Below, piece by piece: positions 16,188-25,533 of a stretch of 64,000 nt of DNA (positions within the stretch are counted from its first letter, which is position 1; each line of letters opens with the position of its first letter). The stretch covers positions 62,001 to 126,000 of the forward strand of contig CAZNUA010000006.1 of assembly GCA_964576115.1 (NCBI GenBank), given 5' to 3'. The notes under the pieces are model-generated. The model was not told where the DNA came from, searched no databases, and was given only the letters and a program-made list of their open reading frames with translations. Made by a program: the position numbers and the translations under genes. Source of the stretch: an uncultured Gemmatimonadota bacterium (GTDB lineage Bacteria > Blakebacterota > Blakebacteria > Blakebacterales > Blakebacteraceae).

Positions 16188-18836
16188 TCATCTGACAATC
16201 AACATCTTGCGCGTCAGCGCCCGGCCGTCGACCTCGAGGCGGTAGAGGTAGACGCCGGAACGCAGGTTGTGCGAGCTGACGCTCTCATAGTGAACCCCGG
16301 CCCCGAGGTGACCGTCCACCAGAGTCCGCACCAGCCGCCCCCGCACATCGTAGAGGGCCAGCCTGACCCGGGCCCGCTGCGGCAGCTCGTACCGGATCAG
16401 GGTCCGGCCGTTGAAGGGATTGGGGTAGTTCTGCATCATGGCGACCGTTTCGACATCGGTATCCTCGATATCGTCGTCTCCACTCGAAGCAAGACGTACC
16501 AGGGGGCGCTCCCAGACCCCCAGACCGTGGGTGACGGCCCGCAGGGCCCGGTTGTCGCGCGAGACGCTCAGATCCATGATCAGCGCCCCGGTGGGCATGC
16601 CCTCGGTAAAAGGATACCAGTTCTCCCCGTCGTCGGGGCTGAACCAGACGCCGAAATCGTTGCCGACATACAGGCAATCACTGTTAAACGGATCGATGAC
16701 GAGAGCCGAAGTGGGAATATCGGGCAGAAGACCCCGGTCCAGATCCTGCCAGCTCGACCCGGCGTCGGATGTCTTGAACAGGTGCGATGAGCCGAAACCG
16801 GATAAGATCACATAGGCATCCCGGTCATCGTGACGGCCGGCCTGTAGATCGACCGGGTAACGGTCGGGAAGCGAGCCGGTCACGTTCTGCCAGGTCTCGC
16901 CCCCGTCGGTGGTGCGATGCACCCCGGCCCGCTGTACGGCCGGTACCGTGGCCGCCCAGACCACGTCGGGATCGCGCCGGTAGACCCCGATCGAGAGAAT
17001 CGGATTCCGGTCCAGGGGAGAGGCCCAGCCCGGCACATGCCACAGGACGCCCCCGTCGGTCGAGCGCCAGAGCTGTTCGCGACCGGCATAAATCAGGTCG
17101 GGATCGGTCTCGGCCTGCTCGAAAGGGGCCACGAAACAGACATCGCCCTCGTTGCGCATGCCGCTGTTGATCTGTTGCCAGGAATCCCCGTCATCGGTCG
17201 AGCGGTAGATGTTGCCGTACTGCGTCGAGCCCAGAAAGGTCTCGGCGTCGGTGGGAAAGAGCCCAGAATAACCGCCGTCGCCGCCCAGACAGCGCTGCCA
17301 TGCGTCGTAGCCGCGGTAGATCACGGTGGAGTTGTCCTGCAGGCCGCCGATGGCCACGGTCGAGTCATCGGGGGCCGACGCGAATCCGCCGTAAAACTGG
17401 GTCGTCTGGTAGCCGCCGTTGAGTCCCCGGAAGGTCCAGCCGAAATTGGTGCTGCGGAAAACACCCCCGTCGGTACCGAAAAAGAGCAGATCGGGATTGG
17501 TGGGATGGCGGGCGTAGCAGTGAATATCGGCGTGCATATAGTTGCTGTCACCTTCGGGCTGACCGGGTTGGGTGATACCCGGATACCAGTCGCTGTGGGA
17601 GGTCCGGTGGAAGGTGCGTCCCCCGTCCGTGGAGACGTAGGAATACACCCCGCTCGCTACGACCTGACTGGAATCGGCGGGGTGGACGGCCACAAAGTGC
17701 GAGAACCATCCCTGATAGCGGGCGATATCGGGATAGTACATCCAACCCGAACTCAGGTTTTCCCATGTCTGTCCGGCATCGAGGCTGCGGTAGAGATCGA
17801 CCCCCTCGCGGTCTTCATCGCTCAGGGCGTTGGCCACGTCGGCGTAGATCACCTCGGGCGCAGTCCGGTAGATATCGAGCATCGTCTTGCCGGTCCAGGT
17901 GGCGGGCAGCCCGGTGGTGAGTTCGTTCCAGGTATCCCCTCCGTCGGTGGTGCGCCAGATACCGGCATCGGCAGGCGTGCCGAGATTGCCGCAGGAAGCG
18001 TAGATCGTGTCGGGCCGGTCGGGATGTATGGCCAGGTCGACCGCCATCGGGATGGACAGAACCTGCTGCCAGGTGTCGCCCCGGTCGGTCGAACGATACA
18101 CACCCTCGCTGGTGCCGGCGAAGATACGCGAACTGTCCTGCGGATCGATATCGAGGGCCAGCACCCCCCGGCGCTGATCGTACGACCAGTCGAGGCATTT
18201 CTCCCACGTTGCCCCGCCGTCGCTGGTGCGCAGGATTCCGATGCCATACGAACCGCGCGTGGTCCGGATATAGAGTCCTCCGATCGAAGTCTCTTTGCCG
18301 TAGACCTCCCCGGTACCGATGTAAACCCGGGCGGTGTCGGCGGGATCGATAGCGATGGCATTGACCCCCAGAACGGGGTAGCCGGTATCGACGTACCGCC
18401 AGGCCCGGGCCCCCACCCCGGCGCTGTCGCTGCGCCACAATCCCCCGCTGGCCGCACCGGCCAGGATGATGTCGGGATCCAGAGGATTGATCGCCAGGGC
18501 GATCGTCCGGCCGCCAACGTTCTTCGGACCGATCGGTCTCCAGGGAGCCGGCTCCTCGTAACCGGTGATGGCTGCGCGCAGGGTTCGGCCGGCAGCGATC
18601 AGGGGCCGGGTGCGCTGCCAGGCCCGCTGGTATCGCTCGGGGGGAAGTTCCGGACCGGGATAGGCCCGCTGGGCGTGCAGGAAGTGCAGGCCGGCCATGG
18701 CCCCGCTCAGAGCGTGGCGGTCGACGGGTTCGGTAGGGGGTGGTGACAGGACCGGTATGATGAAGAGCACGATCCCGACCGCTGCTGCGAGAACAGCCGC
18801 CGCAGCGACCGGAATCCTGCGCCCATTCACGTGCAT
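16188..18836 (-). CDS. BNR/Asp-box (VPS10/sortilin-like, GH74-like) beta-propeller protein with T9SS type A-like C-terminal domain
   Basis: About 11 S/TxDxGxTW repeats; 'WRPIGPKNVGGRT', 'MHADIH', 'GGLQDN', 'GGDG'; CTD 'QNYPNPFN..SGVYLYRLEV..TRKMLIVR'. GGAGG SD before ATG 18836. Confidence 0.85.
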   Translation of the reverse strand: MHVNGRRIPVAAAAVLAAAVGIVLFIIPVLSPPPTEPVDRHALSGAMAGLHFLHAQRAYPGPELPPERYQRAWQRTRPLIAAGRTLRAAITGYEEPAPWRPIGPKNVGGRTIALAINPLDPDIILAGAASGGLWRSDSAGVGARAWRYVDTGYPVLGVNAIAIDPADTARVYIGTGEVYGKETSIGGLYIRTTRGSYGIGILRTSDGGATWEKCLDWSYDQRRGVLALDIDPQDSSRIFAGTSEGVYRSTDRGDTWQQVLSIPMAVDLAIHPDRPDTIYASCGNLGTPADAGIWRTTDGGDTWNELTTGLPATWTGKTMLDIYRTAPEVIYADVANALSDEDREGVDLYRSLDAGQTWENLSSGWMYYPDIARYQGWFSHFVAVHPADSSQVVASGVYSYVSTDGGRTFHRTSHSDWYPGITQPGQPEGDSNYMHADIHCYARHPTNPDLLFFGTDGGVFRSTNFGWTFRGLNGGYQTTQFYGGFASAPDDSTVAIGGLQDNSTVIYRGYDAWQRCLGGDGGYSGLFPTDAETFLGSTQYGNIYRSTDDGDSWQQINSGMRNEGDVCFVAPFEQAETDPDLIYAGREQLWRSTDGGVLWHVPGWASPLDRNPILSIGVYRRDPDVVWAATVPAVQRAGVHRTTDGGETWQNVTGSLPDRYPVDLQAGRHDDRDAYVILSGFGSSHLFKTSDAGSSWQDLDRGLLPDIPTSALVIDPFNSDCLYVGNDFGVWFSPDDGENWYPFTEGMPTGALIMDLSVSRDNRALRAVTHGLGVWERPLVRLASSGDDDIEDTDVETVAMMQNYPNPFNGRTLIRYELPQRARVRLALYDVRGRLVRTLVDGHLGAGVHYESVSSHNLRSGVYLYRLEVDGRALTRKMLIVR

Positions 18837-19061
18837 CGTGACCTCCCCAACCGGGCCGACGGTTGCGTGGCGCCTGATCGCAGGGCAGAGACACACTGCG
18901 ATCCGTCTATAGAGAATACGTACGAGACGGTCGCGGCGTTACGCCCTGTCTGGACGATCGTGTCCGATTGCACCCGCCGGATGGTGTAACATTGACTCGG
19001 GCGATCCGGAGGCCGAGTTTGTGGGCTCGTTTCTGATGTGTGTCAGGTACGGGAGGACGGC

Positions 19062-20231
19062 ATGGAACCTTTCGCAGGCGTCGATTTCATGGATCTCGAT
19101 TCTCTGCTCGAAGAAGATGAGATTCTGGTTCGTAACACGGTCCGGGAGTGGACCGAGAAGCGGGTGATTCCCGGAATAGAGGACTACTACGAGCGCCACG
19201 AATTTCCCGCCGAACTGATCGGCGAGATGGCAGAACTCGGCCTGCTCGGGCCTAACCTGCCCGAAACCTACGGCTGTGCCGGGACCAACAACGTCGTCTA
19301 CGGACTGATCTGCCAGGAACTCGAACGGGGCGATTCCGGTCTGCGCAGCTTCGTGAGCGTCCAGGGCTCGCTGGTGATGTGGCCGATTCACGAGTACGGC
19401 TCCGAAGAGCAGAAGAACCACTACCTGCCCCGTCTGGCCCGCGGCGAACTGGTGGGCTGCTACGGCCTGACCGAGCCCGATTTCGGTTCCAATCCGGGGG
19501 GGATGGTCACCCGCGCGGTACGCGAGGGCGACGAGTGGATCCTCAACGGCGCCAAGATGTGGATCACCAACGGGGGAATCGCCGATGTCGCCGTGGTCTG
19601 GGCCAAGGCCGAGGACGAGGTCCGCGGCTTCATCGTGCATCGCGACGATCCCGGTTTCTCGACCCAGGATCAGCTCCGCAAGCACAGCCTGCGCGCCTCG
19701 GTCACGAGCGAACTGATCTTCACCGACTGCCGGATTCCCGGCGATCGTATCCTTCCCGGGGCCCGTGGTCTCAGGGCCCCCCTTTCCTGCCTGACCCAGG
19801 CCCGGTACGGGATCGCCTGGGGCACCATCGGCAGCGCCATGGCCTGCTACGACACCGCTCTGCAGTACGCCCGGGAACGGACCCAGTTCGACCGCCCGAT
19901 TGCGGGTTTCCAGCTGGTCCAGGAACGTCTGGTCCGGATGCTGTCGGAGATTACCAAGGGGCAGTTGCTGAACCTGCAGCTGGGCCGGCTCAAGGACGAC
20001 GGACGAGCAGATTTCGCCCGGGTGAGCCTGGCCAAACGCAACGGCTGCCAGGTGGCGAGGGAAGCGGCGAAACTGGCCCGGGAAACGCTCGGGGCCAACG
20101 GTATCACCGCCGAGTACCCGATCATGCGCCATCTGGGGAACATCGAATCGGTCTACACCTACGAGGGTACCCACGATATGCACACCCTGATCGTGGGCCA
20201 GGCGATCACCGGTATCGCGGCCTATACCTGA
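19062..20231 (+). CDS. gcdH: Acyl-CoA dehydrogenase, glutaryl-CoA dehydrogenase type
   Basis: 'YGLICQELERGDSGLRSFVSVQGSL', 'GLTEPDFGSNPGGM', 'RHLGNIESVYTYEGT'; GGAGG SD. Confidence 0.85.
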   Translation: MEPFAGVDFMDLDSLLEEDEILVRNTVREWTEKRVIPGIEDYYERHEFPAELIGEMAELGLLGPNLPETYGCAGTNNVVYGLICQELERGDSGLRSFVSVQGSLVMWPIHEYGSEEQKNHYLPRLARGELVGCYGLTEPDFGSNPGGMVTRAVREGDEWILNGAKMWITNGGIADVAVVWAKAEDEVRGFIVHRDDPGFSTQDQLRKHSLRASVTSELIFTDCRIPGDRILPGARGLRAPLSCLTQARYGIAWGTIGSAMACYDTALQYARERTQFDRPIAGFQLVQERLVRMLSEITKGQLLNLQLGRLKDDGRADFARVSLAKRNGCQVAREAAKLARETLGANGITAEYPIMRHLGNIESVYTYEGTHDMHTLIVGQAITGIAAYT

Positions 20232-20285
20232 TCGGACAACCGGCCCGGAAAGCACTCGATCCGGTTTTGTATCCCGACGTTCCTC

Positions 20286-21767
20286 TCAGGGCGGAGGGAT
20301 ACGGTATCTGCGGTAGAGTTCGACCAGTTCGGTGTCACGGTCCGCTTCAGCGAGATTCTCTCCGGCCATGACAGCCTCGATCTCGGCGATGGTGCGCGGG
20401 GTGCCGGCACTCAGGCAGACCAGACCGCGGTCGGTGAAGGCGAAGGAATCCTCGATCCGGATGCCGATATTGGCGTATTTCGCCACCGCCGGGGCAATCC
20501 GGGCGCCCAGGGCCTCGGCTTCGGGCCCCGAACCGAGACGGTCGACCACGTCGGGACGCACGTATATCCCCGGTTCGATCGTAAAACACGAACCAGGAAT
20601 AATCTCGTCCGGCATCGAATCGTGCACCTCCAGACCTATCCCGTGCCCCAGGCCATGGTAGAAGTACAGTCCCACCTGGCTACTGCGGCGGCCCGGCACG
20701 GTTGCCTCGGGATTCTCGATCAGGCCGATCCGGGCCAGGCCCTCCCCCAATACCCGCCGGGCTTCGTCACGCAGGACCCGATAGGGCGTGCCGGCGTTCT
20801 CGGCCAGGCGGGCACAGGCCAGATTGGCGGCTAGAACGATCTCGTAGATATCGCGCTGTTCGGGACTGAAGGTGCCGTCGACCGGGATGGTCCGGGTGAC
20901 ATCGGACGTGTATCCGAAATATTCGGCTCCCACATCCATGACGACGACGTCATCGGGTGCCATGAAGGCGGTGTTTTCGGAGTAATGCAGGACCAGACTG
21001 TTGGAACCCGAACCGATGATGCTCGAAAATCCGGGTCGCTGGGCGCCGTAACGGGCGAAGGTGTACTCGATCACGGCCTGCAGCTCGAATTCGTTCCGTC
21101 CCGGCTCGCAGGTTCGCATGGCGGCCACCTGGGCCAGCCTGGTGATATCTGAGGCCACCTGCAGCAGGTCGATCTCGGCCTCTGATTTCAATCCGCGCAT
21201 CCGGGAGAGTTCGCGAGAGGGTGAGAGGAAGCGGAGCCCCTCCTCACCCCCCACCGGGCGGATAAAGAGCGTGTTCTGGGACATGATCTCGAAGATCTGG
21301 GCCACGGTCTCGTCTCCGCTTCTCAGCGGCGTGATCAGAACCCGTACCTCCCGGGGCAGCAATTCCCTCAGCTCGGATTCGAAATCGTTCAGGTCTTTGA
21401 CCTCCAGACCGCCCCGTCGGCCGATTTCCGCCAGCTCGGAACCGGCCGGATCGAAACTGCTCCCCCGGCGGGGGGGCCGCAGGAAGAGAATGTCCCGGCT
21501 CGTGCCGGCATGCTCGAGCATCAGGAGAATCCCGTCGGGTTCGAGACAGCCGGTGAGATAACGGAAGTCGGGATTCTGTCTGCCCGCGTTGTCCGTCCCG
21601 GCGGTGAAGAGATAGAGTCCCTCGCCCAGCTCGCTCCGCAGAGCGGCCCGGCGGGCGGCATATTCGGCCGGTGCGATCTGGGCCCGGGCCGTGGTGACGA
21701 GAACCGAGCAGATCAGCAGGAGAAGGGCCGGAATCCGCAGACGGCGTACGAAACCGGGCATGGTCAT
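20286..21767 (-). CDS. Xaa-Pro aminopeptidase (M24B) with signal peptide
   Basis: Metal ligands in 'MDVGAE', 'SDVTRT', 'HGLGHGIG', 'TIEPG', 'RIED'; N-domain 'RQNPDFRYLTG'; signal ending ARA-Q. Confidence 0.9.
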   Translation of the reverse strand: MTMPGFVRRLRIPALLLLICSVLVTTARAQIAPAEYAARRAALRSELGEGLYLFTAGTDNAGRQNPDFRYLTGCLEPDGILLMLEHAGTSRDILFLRPPRRGSSFDPAGSELAEIGRRGGLEVKDLNDFESELRELLPREVRVLITPLRSGDETVAQIFEIMSQNTLFIRPVGGEEGLRFLSPSRELSRMRGLKSEAEIDLLQVASDITRLAQVAAMRTCEPGRNEFELQAVIEYTFARYGAQRPGFSSIIGSGSNSLVLHYSENTAFMAPDDVVVMDVGAEYFGYTSDVTRTIPVDGTFSPEQRDIYEIVLAANLACARLAENAGTPYRVLRDEARRVLGEGLARIGLIENPEATVPGRRSSQVGLYFYHGLGHGIGLEVHDSMPDEIIPGSCFTIEPGIYVRPDVVDRLGSGPEAEALGARIAPAVAKYANIGIRIEDSFAFTDRGLVCLSAGTPRTIAEIEAVMAGENLAEADRDTELVELYRRYRIPPP

Positions 21768-23452
21768 TCCTTTTCGAGCGGCCGGAGAGCACCCACATCA
21801 TCCATGGCCCGAATGTCCTTGCGCAGAATCTTGCCGATCAGGCTCTTGGGCAGTTCTTCTGCGAAGGCCACCGCGGCCGGCACCTTGTACTTGGCCATGT
21901 TCTCGCGGCAGAATTCGATGATCTCCTTTTCGGTGGCCTCGGCATCCTCGCGGAGAACGACATAGGCCTTGACCGCTTCACCGCGATATTCGTCGGGTAT
22001 TCCGATCACACCGCACTCGAGAACGGCGGGATGTTCATAGAGGATCTCTTCGACTTCGCGGGGATAGATGTTGTACCCGCCGGCGATGATCATGTCCTTC
22101 TTGCGGTCCACGATGACGAAGTAACCCTCCTCGTCGACGGTGGCCATGTCGCCGGTGAACAGCCAGCCCTCCTGCAGCTGGCCGGCTGTCTCTTCGGGCA
22201 TCTCCCAGTACCCCTGCATGACCTGCGGTCCGCGCACCGCCAGTTCGCCGACGTCACCGAGACCGAGTTCCTTGCGTGTTTCGGGATCTACGACCGCGGC
22301 ATCGGTACCCGGGAATGGCAGGCCGATAGTGCCGATCTTCCGCCGCCCGTAAACCGGATTGGCGATGCACACCGGGCTGGCTTCGCTCAGACCGTACCCC
22401 TCGACCAGACGACCGCCGGTGAGTTCCTCGAACTGTTTCTGCACCTCGAGCGGCAGGGGCGCCGCACCACTGATGCAGGCCCTGATCGTGGAGAGATCGA
22501 ATTTGCCGACCTTGGGGTGGGTGTTGATCGCCACATACATCGTGGGTACTCCGGGGAAGATAGTCACGCCGTGTTTCTGTACATCCTTCATCACATGGGT
22601 CACGTCGAAACGCGGTACCAGCACGACCGTGCTGGCGCTTTTGGCCGCCAGGTGTATGCACGTCGTCAGGCCGTAGGAGTGGAAGAAGGGGAGCGCGGCC
22701 ATGATGACCTCCTCCCCTCTCTTGATGTCGGTCAACCAGTGGGCTGTCTGGGTGACGTTGGAATGGAGGTTGGCATGGGTAAGCATGGCGCCTTTGCTCG
22801 TCCCGGTCGTGCCCCCGGTGTAGAGGAGCATGGCCAGGTCCTCGCTGCCGACTTCGGCAGGTTCTCCTGCGTCCGGATCGGCCTCGGCGATCCGATCGGT
22901 GAAGTAGCTGAAACGGTCATCGGCGGGAACCTTCGCCTTCTGGCCCGAGATCATGGCCTTGATCGGATACAGGTACTTGAGCATACCCGGCAGGTAATCA
23001 TTGACACGGCAGAGGATGCAGTGCTCGATCCCCGATTCCTCCCAGACGCGGTCGAGCCGGGCGGCCAGAAGGTCGAGGGCGATGACGATTTTCGCTCCCG
23101 AATTCTTCAGCTGAAAAGCCAGCTCCTTGTCGGTATAGAGCGGATTGTTCGGTACCACCACGGCTCCGATCCGCAACACCCCGAAGTGCGCGGGCAGGTA
23201 CTGGGGGATGTTCGGTAGAACGAGTCCGACCCGATCGCCCTTCTCTACCCCCAATGAACGCAGCATGGCCGCAACCCGGGCGGTCATGTCGTCCATCTCG
23301 GTATAGGTGAAGGGACGCCCGAAAAAATAGGCCGCCACCCCGTCGGGAAAGTCGGCCACGGCGGATGCGAACATGTCGTAGAGGCTGTCGGTCGGGGGCG
23401 TGAATTCCCGGGGGACGTCGGGCTCGTAGTGTTCCAGCCAGCGAGGCTCCAT
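21764..23452 (-). CDS. fadD: Long-chain fatty acid-CoA ligase
   Basis: 'YTGGTTGTSKG', 'EGYGLSE', 'WLFTGD', 'DRKKDMI', 'PKSLIGKILR'; ATG 23452 with GGAGG SD. Confidence 0.9.
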   Translation of the reverse strand: MEPRWLEHYEPDVPREFTPPTDSLYDMFASAVADFPDGVAAYFFGRPFTYTEMDDMTARVAAMLRSLGVEKGDRVGLVLPNIPQYLPAHFGVLRIGAVVVPNNPLYTDKELAFQLKNSGAKIVIALDLLAARLDRVWEESGIEHCILCRVNDYLPGMLKYLYPIKAMISGQKAKVPADDRFSYFTDRIAEADPDAGEPAEVGSEDLAMLLYTGGTTGTSKGAMLTHANLHSNVTQTAHWLTDIKRGEEVIMAALPFFHSYGLTTCIHLAAKSASTVVLVPRFDVTHVMKDVQKHGVTIFPGVPTMYVAINTHPKVGKFDLSTIRACISGAAPLPLEVQKQFEELTGGRLVEGYGLSEASPVCIANPVYGRRKIGTIGLPFPGTDAAVVDPETRKELGLGDVGELAVRGPQVMQGYWEMPEETAGQLQEGWLFTGDMATVDEEGYFVIVDRKKDMIIAGGYNIYPREVEEILYEHPAVLECGVIGIPDEYRGEAVKAYVVLREDAEATEKEIIEFCRENMAKYKVPAAVAFAEELPKSLIGKILRKDIRAMDDVGALRPLEKE

Positions 23453-23527
23453 GATTCCCTCCGTGCAGAAGTCGAACAGGGAGTGATGAAGGACGGTGTT
23501 CCCTTCTATCACAGGCGGGAGCCGGCG

Positions 23528-23743
23528 TCAACTATCGGTCGAGGTATCCTCTTCGTCGGCGGTGGGGACGATCTCGAATTCGGCGTCCTCGATATCGCGT
23601 ATTCGTCGCCGGGAACGTTTCGGTCCGGTTCGCGGTCGGGCCCGACCGGCCGGGTCACGACCTCCGGTGCGCCCCAGATGTACCAGGGCATTCAGGAAAC
23701 GGACCAGAGCCAGAGCAAGCAGGAAGATGAGGAGATACTTCAT
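23528..23743 (-). CDS. Small membrane-anchored hypothetical protein
   Basis: N-terminal hydrophobic helix, acidic 'DIEDAEFE' tail, ATGA overlap with the upstream TPR gene. Confidence 0.7.
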   Translation of the reverse strand: MKYLLIFLLALALVRFLNALVHLGRTGGRDPAGRARPRTGPKRSRRRIRDIEDAEFEIVPTADEEDTSTDS

Positions 23744-24645
23744 GAGGCGGGATCACTCTCCTCGCCGGCTTCATCCCGCAGTCGGTAGGAGATTTGATAG
23801 TACTCCCGCGCCTTTTCGTGGTCTTTCTGACGATCGTAGAGAATGCCGAGGTACCAGAAGGCCCGGTGGTTGTCCGGGTCGAGAACGATCAGCCGTTCGA
23901 ACATGGCAACTGCCTGGGGGTAACGGCCGGTGAGATTGTAGCTCTGCGCCAGATAAAAGAGGCCCTCGCGATGATTCTCATCCAGGGACAGAGTCCGCTC
24001 GAACTCGGGAATCGCTTTCAGGTAGAGCCCTTTACGGAAATACACCAGGCCGAGGTTGAAATGAATCCGGGCATCGGCGGGAGCGGCTTCGAGGGCTCTC
24101 CGGAATTCCCGTTCCGCTTCGTCGAAACAGCCGTGTTCGCCCAGCAGAGCGCCCAGGTTGGCCCGCAGTTCCACATTGCGGGGATCGATGTCGACCGCTG
24201 TGCGCAGTTCTTCGAGGGCTTTCTCGAACAGGCCGAGGCTGTCGTAGACCAGGGCCAGGTTGTTGCGGGCCTTGACATGCATCGGGTCGATCCCGAGGGC
24301 CAGGCGATAGGCTTCGACCGCCTCGTGCGGTCGTTTTTCGCCGCTCATCCGGCGTCCGAGCCGGTAATGGTCCTCCGCGGTGGGCGTCTCGGGGATTGCC
24401 CTGGATTCCTCAGGCGTTCCGTTCTCGTCTGACGGATCTGGTTCGGAGGCAGTCAGCTCGGGCCGGCTCGATCCCTTGAGCTCGAGGGTGATGTCCTCTT
24501 CCCCGCCCTCTTCTTCCGGATCTGTCTCGGCTGGTCCGGCGTCATCGACCGCCCGGTCGGAATCGGAGATCGGGGCCGCATCCTCCTCGAAAGAGAACGG
24601 CGGCCGCTGCTCGCGGGCGGGATCGGTGGGTTGGTTGCCGTTCAT
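23740..24645 (-). CDS. TPR-repeat protein with acidic disordered N-terminus
   Basis: About 6 TPR repeats ('ARNNLALVY', 'RANLGALL', 'HFNLGLVY', 'FYLAQSY', 'FWYLGILY'). Confidence 0.9.
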   Translation of the reverse strand: MNGNQPTDPAREQRPPFSFEEDAAPISDSDRAVDDAGPAETDPEEEGGEEDITLELKGSSRPELTASEPDPSDENGTPEESRAIPETPTAEDHYRLGRRMSGEKRPHEAVEAYRLALGIDPMHVKARNNLALVYDSLGLFEKALEELRTAVDIDPRNVELRANLGALLGEHGCFDEAEREFRRALEAAPADARIHFNLGLVYFRKGLYLKAIPEFERTLSLDENHREGLFYLAQSYNLTGRYPQAVAMFERLIVLDPDNHRAFWYLGILYDRQKDHEKAREYYQISYRLRDEAGEESDPAS

Positions 24646-25533
24646 TCAGCTCCGCTCCGACGGTTCACGGAAGCCCCACTTCAGTTTGGTCCGCAGCACC
24701 TCGTAGAAAGGCAATCCGAGTCCCGTCCGTACCAGTTTATTGACGTGCTCGCCGCGACGGATCACGAGAGTGTCGCCGCTGGCGATCACAATTCGTTCCT
24801 GTCCGTCGCCTGTTATCTGGGCCGTTCCATGCTTGCTCCGAACCTGCAGCGAGACCTCACTGTGGCCCGGAATGACCGCCGGACGGGAGGCCAGCATGTG
24901 CGGGCATATGGGGGCCACGACCAGGGCCTGCATGCCCGGTTCGACGATCGGTCCGCCGGCGGCCAGAGCATAGGCGGTCGATCCGGTCGGGGTGGCGACG
25001 ATGAGGCCGTCGCCGGTGAAACGCTTGAGAAATTCTCCGTCTACTTCGGCGTCGATATCGATCACCCGGGAGTACTCGCCCTTGTCGACGACGATATCGT
25101 TCGCGGCCAGCATCCGTTTCGTCTCGCCCTTGACCCTGATGTGGGCCTCTATCGTCATACGCTCCTCAACCCTGTACTCGCCGTCACGGACCCGGTCGAG
25201 AGCTTCCGTGACATGGGAGGGGGACGTGTCGGCCAGAAATCCGAGGCTGCCGAGGTTGATCCCCAGTACGGGCAGACCCCGGCTACCGGCATGACGCAAA
25301 GCGGCCAGAATGGTACCGTCGCCACCCATCGCCACCAGCAACTCGGCCAGGGTGCCGATCTCGTCCTCGGGGCGGATGTCGAGTACCGGCTCATCGGACA
25401 GTTCCGGGAACCGCTCGACGGCGGCGGGGGGCAGGAGAAGGCGTGCGTCGTTGGCTCCGGCCCAGGCGACAACATCGCGCAAGCACTCGGCCAGTTCGGG
25501 TTTGTGCAGGTTCGGAATGAGGCCGAATATCAT
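24646..25533 (-). CDS. nadK: NAD kinase
   Basis: 'GGDGT', 'GINLGSLGFL', 'ND', 'DGLIVATPTGSTAYALAAGGP'. Confidence 0.96.
   Translation of the reverse strand: MIFGLIPNLHKPELAECLRDVVAWAGANDARLLLPPAAVERFPELSDEPVLDIRPEDEIGTLAELLVAMGGDGTILAALRHAGSRGLPVLGINLGSLGFLADTSPSHVTEALDRVRDGEYRVEERMTIEAHIRVKGETKRMLAANDIVVDKGEYSRVIDIDAEVDGEFLKRFTGDGLIVATPTGSTAYALAAGGPIVEPGMQALVVAPICPHMLASRPAVIPGHSEVSLQVRSKHGTAQITGDGQERIVIASGDTLVIRRGEHVNKLVRTGLGLPFYEVLRTKLKWGFREPSERS

Noticed and set aside
16917-18746. 609-aa plus-strand ORF
   Set aside because: Antisense shadow of the Asp-box protein.
14792-18836. Genomic island integrated at tRNA-Ala
   Set aside because: No integrase, no duplicated tRNA 3' end seen, and no evident compositional shift.
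18939-20255. 438-aa minus-strand ORF
   Set aside because: Antisense shadow of the acyl-CoA dehydrogenase.
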